Shown here piece by piece: positions 55,166-64,000 of a stretch of DNA of 64,000 nt; the first letter of the stretch is position 1, and each line of letters opens with the position of its first letter. The DNA comes from the human T2T-CHM13v2.0 reference genome, Homo sapiens. The stretch lies in the NCBI RefSeq assembly GCF_009914755.1, contig NC_060929.1. One strand, 5' to 3'. Position numbers and translations under genes: made by a program. The notes beneath the pieces were generated by a model that was given only the letters and a program-made list of their open reading frames with translations, was not told the origin of the DNA and made no database searches.

Positions 55166-55837
55166 CTAGTAATAAAGGAGCTGATATTGGGGCTCCTAAT
55201 AGTTTCTTTGTAAAAGCGAGTACGACTCAGCTAAAATAGACATGCCAAGTGCCTTCTCACCCACTAAAAAAAAATATTGAAATAAACATGCCCTTAACAT
55301 ACACACAGTAAGCCCCTCTTCTGTGGCTAATTAACTTTAAGAGCACCCTATTATTAAAAATTCCTAAATTTGGGAGATTCTATCTAGAGTTATTTTATTG
55401 CAGTAGAGAAAAAAGAAACCTTGTTCACATACATAAGCCTTGTGAGTAGCACTGTAGGCTATATAAAACATTTAAATTTGAAAGAACTATGCAAGATTTC
55501 CTTAAACAGATAGAAGGACCATGCCTCATCATTGAAATAAATCAAAGAATAATTAAGGCAAATAAATGTTGCTTTAAAAAAAAAAAAAAAAAAAAGGAAC
55601 AGAATGGAATAATTATTCTGAGGACAAGAGCCAAGCAACATGGTCCATCTGCTTTGCTAAGTAAGCTCCTTCTGAAAGCTGAAGTTACCATGCCATTCAA
55701 AACAGAAAACTCTGTCGGAGAAACTCAGGCGGTTGTAAAAGCTTCCTCTGGTTAATGCCCTAAGGAGGCTGGGGTTGGGGGTGCGCGGAGGGACTCCTGG
55801 GCCATGGGAAAGTCCGACTGGCTGTGAGCCCCGTTAC

Positions 55838-56025
55838 CTGATGAGGATGCACTGGTTGTCGTGGCGCTTCCACAGGCAGCGGTAGCACTCGTTGGCGATG
55901 GCGAAGATGTGCGGGGGCAGCTCGCCCAGGTGGCGCCGGCTGTACTGCTCCATGGTGGCAGGCTCGTACAGCCCGGCGATGGGCTGGTAGGGGTTCACGG
56001 AGGCCAGGATGGAGCCGATGTAGGT
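55838..56025 (-). CDS. MYO10: MYO10 exon 4 (188 nt): TYIGSILASVNPY...HDNQCILI(S)
   Basis: Acceptor tgcag|ACC, donor ATCAG|gtaacg; contains myosin motifs VNPY and PPHIFAIA. Confidence 0.97.
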
Positions 56026-56513
56026 CTGCAAGCACAGAGTGAGACAGGGATGCGTCACTTCTAACCCAGGCCACTGGATGAGCTCCAACAAAACCCACCG
56101 AGTGTGCGCCAGGGGGAAAGACGTCTTCTGTCTCCCGGGTGCACACTGTCCCTGCCTTTCTGGGTACCAAATCTTGATATTCTGGACAAATGAATGAAGC
56201 CATTTCAAAGAGGGATGGCAGTGAAAGGGAAACAAGAGAAGGAAGATGGTGAGGCGGCCCAGGCCCAGTCCCTGCTCCCCAGGCCCAGATCCCTGCTCCC
56301 CGCTGACCTCACCAATCTTAATCCCTTCCCATGGGCAAAGGACTGGCCAGGTCCAGTCTCCTGTCTCATTAAATGGCTACTGTGAAACAGCATGGTTAAA
56401 AAGTGACGGGACAGAAAGGAGAAGAGAGGTAGCCAGGGGTTGGGGGAGAAGGACATTTACAATTTAATGGGTGCAGAGTTTCTATTTAGGGTGATGGGGA
56501 AGTTCTGGAAGTG

Positions 56514-57713
<1,200 letters not shown>

Positions 57714-57942
57714 CTACAGAGTTACCAAAGCTTAATGCCTTAGGCCTCTCCATGTGGACATAACTATTCACTTCTACTTTTACAGGAAATACTAACTCTG
57801 ATTACCTGGCTTCCAGGCTCAGACACAACTAGGGAAGTCAGTCAGACAGGGGTGGGAGCAGAGAGTCCTGCAACCACCATCAACCACTAACCACCAACCA
57901 ACTTTTACAAAGCTCGTACAGTGTGTCTAGGGCTTTATGGGC

Positions 57943-58165
57943 TGTTAAGGGCTGATTCATGCCTTCTCCCCAAATTCACATGCTGAAGCCCTAATCCCAA
58001 GTACTTAAGAATGTTACTATGCTTGGAGATAGGGGCTTTAAATAAGTGACTAACTTAAAATGAGGCCATTAGGGTGGGCCCTAATCCAATCTGACTGGTG
58101 TCTTTGTTAGAAGAGGAAATTTGAACACACAAAAAGACACCAGGGATGCATACACCCAGGGGGGT
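57943..58165 (+). mobile_element. MLT1 (MaLR) LTR 5' fragment
   Basis: aaaatgaggccattagggtgggccctaatccaatctgactggtgtc motif. Confidence 0.75.
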
Positions 58166-58337
58166 TGGCGGAGGGTAACAAAAAACAAGAAAACTAGACA
58201 GAAAGTCCAAACATCCTGAGAGCATCTATACCATATTATAGCAATTTGTAATATTTTATATTCATAGTATCAGCCAGGAACATCAAGCAAAGTATTGTTT
58301 TGTTCAGTATAACTTTTCAAATGCAAATAAGTCCATA

Positions 58338-58574
58338 CAGGTTGAGTATCACTAATCCGAAAACCAAAATCTGAAATGCTGTAAAATCTGAAGCTTTTTG
58401 AGCACCAACATGATGCTGAAAAGAAATGTTCATGGGGGCATTTCAGATTTCAGATTTTCTGATGAGGGATGCCCAACTGGTAAGTATAATGCAGATACTT
58501 CTAAATCAGAGAAAATATCAGAAGTCCAAAACACTTCAGGTCCCAAGCATTCTGGATAAGGGTTACTCAACCTG
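58338..58574. mobile_element. Tigger4/MER46-family MITE
   Basis: TIRs caggttgagta / tactcaacctg with a preceding TA. Confidence 0.85.
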
Positions 58575-58619
58575 GAATGTGTTTTGGAAATAATATGAAG
58601 CAAAAGATTTAAAAAAAGG

Positions 58620-59555
58620 TTAAAAACATAAAAGATATTACCATATGACCCAGCGATTCCACTCCTAGATACATATCAAAAAGAAGCGAAAGAAAATACT
58701 CAAACACTTGTACACACATGTTCACAGAAGCACCATTCACAACAGCCAAAGGTGGAAACAATGCCAAGGGCCCATCATCAGATGAATGGATGTGGCATAC
58801 CCACACCATGTAATATTACTTAGCCACAAAAAGGAATAAAGTGCTGATCCATGCTACAATGTGAATGAGCCTTGGAGACATATTAAGCCAGACACAAAAG
58901 TTCACATATCCAGAATAGGTTAAGTCCATAGAAACAGCAAGATGGGTGGTTGCTAAAAGCAGACAGTGGCAGGAGAGGGGAATGACTGCTTCACTGGTAC
59001 AGGGTTTCCACCTAAGGTGATAAAAATATTGTAGAACTAAGATACAGGTTGTATGGTTTGAATGTTTGTCCCCTCCTAAACTTGTGTTGAAATTTAATTG
59101 CCATTGTAACAGTATTAGGAAGGTGATTACAAAGGTAAGAGCTGATTATGTCATGGGGCTCTGCTCTCATAATGGATTAATGCCATTATTGCAGGAGTGA
59201 GTTAGTTATTGCAGAGTGGGCTCTTAATAAAAGAGTAAGTTCGACATGCATTCTCTCTGTCTCACACTCAAGCTTTCTCATCATGTGATGCCTCAGGCCA
59301 TGACACAGCAAGAGGGTCCCACCAGATGCCAGCGCCATGCTCTTGGACTGGCCAGTCTCCAGAACCATAAGCCAAGTAAACTTTTGCTCCTTATAAATTA
59401 CCCAGTGTGTGGTATCCTGTTTTGGCAGCAGAAAGCATACTGAAACAGAGTTGTTGGTTGTACAGCATTGTGAATGTACTAAATGCCACTGAGTTGTACA
59501 CTTCAAAATGGTTAATTTTATGTTAAATGAATTTCACCTTAATTAGAAAAAAAAG
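58620..59555 (+). mobile_element. L1MB-type 3' end interrupted by an MST-family LTR (about 59050-59447)
   Basis: L1 ORF2 end ttaccatatgacccagcgattccactcctag; MST start tatggtttgaatgtttgtcccctc and end ttataaattacccagt...aaaca. Confidence 0.8.
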
Positions 59556-60571
59556 ATCTGGTGCTTTTATGAGTAAATGTTCAGGTCCTTGGAAACATCA
59601 ACTCTCTAGAAAACCCATTTTGTCCTGTCGGAGCACTATGGGGAAGATTTGGCCAGAAAAAAAAAGATGGAAGTTGGAAAAAAAAAAGTGTCCTACTCCT
59701 TGGGATGCCTCCATCCTCCATCAGTGCCTGGACCACAGACACTCCAGTGCCTCCTTCTATCTAACATCTGCAGAGGTGAGGGAGCAGGCAGACAATACTT
59801 GAGGCTGTGAGTGCCTGGCCCCTTCCACTACTTTGTTTAAAATGCCATGTTTGTTTTCTACCTTTTTGATAGTTGTTTACATTATTTTCTTTTTTCTGCT
59901 AAGTATCAAAAATGTTCATTTTTACTGTGAAATACATTCTTATTTTTTTCCCTACTGTGACAGGACTGTCACTCTTTATGCAGCCAGGTAGGTCAGAGGA
60001 AGCTGACAAGCAACAGTCAACACTGCCAACCATCAACACGGCGGGCTCAACTGAGCACACACCAATCCTCTTCCTCAGTTGCAAGCAGAGGGTGAAAGCC
60101 ACAGTCATGGGCATTAAGCTTATTATTAAATTTAATTAATTTATTATTAGGATATTCACCCATCATTAACACACCTTTTAAAAAATGATATGCCCATATC
60201 ATTTTGCATGCCCCATTCATGACACGTTTGTATGGTTGCTGTAAAATTCTAAGATGAGCCTTTCTTTCTTAAGGCACTGATTTACTTATAAAACCATTAT
60301 TAAAACTTCTTACACAGCTTTCTTCAAAAGAATGATCATGTTTTTTAAACCATATTCCTCCTCCTGGTTGGGGAACCTCACTAGCCATAGAGCATCCTTT
60401 TAAGATACTGCTCGTTCTGACAGTGTGGATGACATGGGCTTTGAATGAAGGTAGAAGACAAAGTGGCATTAAGCCTGTTAGCAAAGGTGAAGACGCAACA
60501 TCCAAAATGGTCTCATGCTTGACTTTTTACAGTAATTCACACCACACCTTGTCCAGTGAAATAGTTTTTAA

Positions 60572-63885
<3,314 letters not shown>

Positions 63886-64000
63886 AAAAATAAGTAATGC
63901 TGGGAATTATGGTGTTGTATAGAATACATTAATCTCTAAGTATAAAGAGAGATTAAAAACAAGCACAGACTTGAGAGGAAATAACAAGAAACATTATGCT

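Noticed and set aside
55760-56203. 147-aa His/Pro-rich ORF overlapping exon 4
   Set aside because: Alternative frame of a GC-rich exon, non-ATG start, no independent support.

Overview
Human-like (primate) genomic DNA lying entirely inside the unconventional myosin gene MYO10 (myosin-X), which runs on the minus strand. I resolved 16 consecutive coding exons (exons 4-19 by my recollection of the reference numbering; 1,650 nt, about aa 94-643 of the motor domain), all with GT-AG boundaries and a continuous frame. They include a 14-nt microexon preceded by a U12-type (minor spliceosome) intron. The peptide matches my memory of human MYO10 except Trp for Arg at codon 324. Positions 1-16022 are the 5' part of the long intron 19, which has a repeat-free block resembling an internal promoter/first exon for headless Myo10. 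The remainder is mostly Alus (about 60 copies or fragments), solo LTRs (MER41A, MLT2A, MER61-like, THE1, MST, MLT1), DNA transposon relics, old L1/L2/MIR pieces and microsatellites. Almost all ORF-track entries are Alu-derived or low-complexity artefacts. I found no convincing wholly new biological system. The best leads are the U12/microexon architecture, the candidate headless promoter with a uORF, a circRNA-type exon 5-9 cassette, a divergent CTCF pair, and an unexplained 1.45-kb segment bounded by 27-bp direct repeats with an AATAAA-poly(A) end. Repeat boundaries and subfamily names are by eye and approximate.
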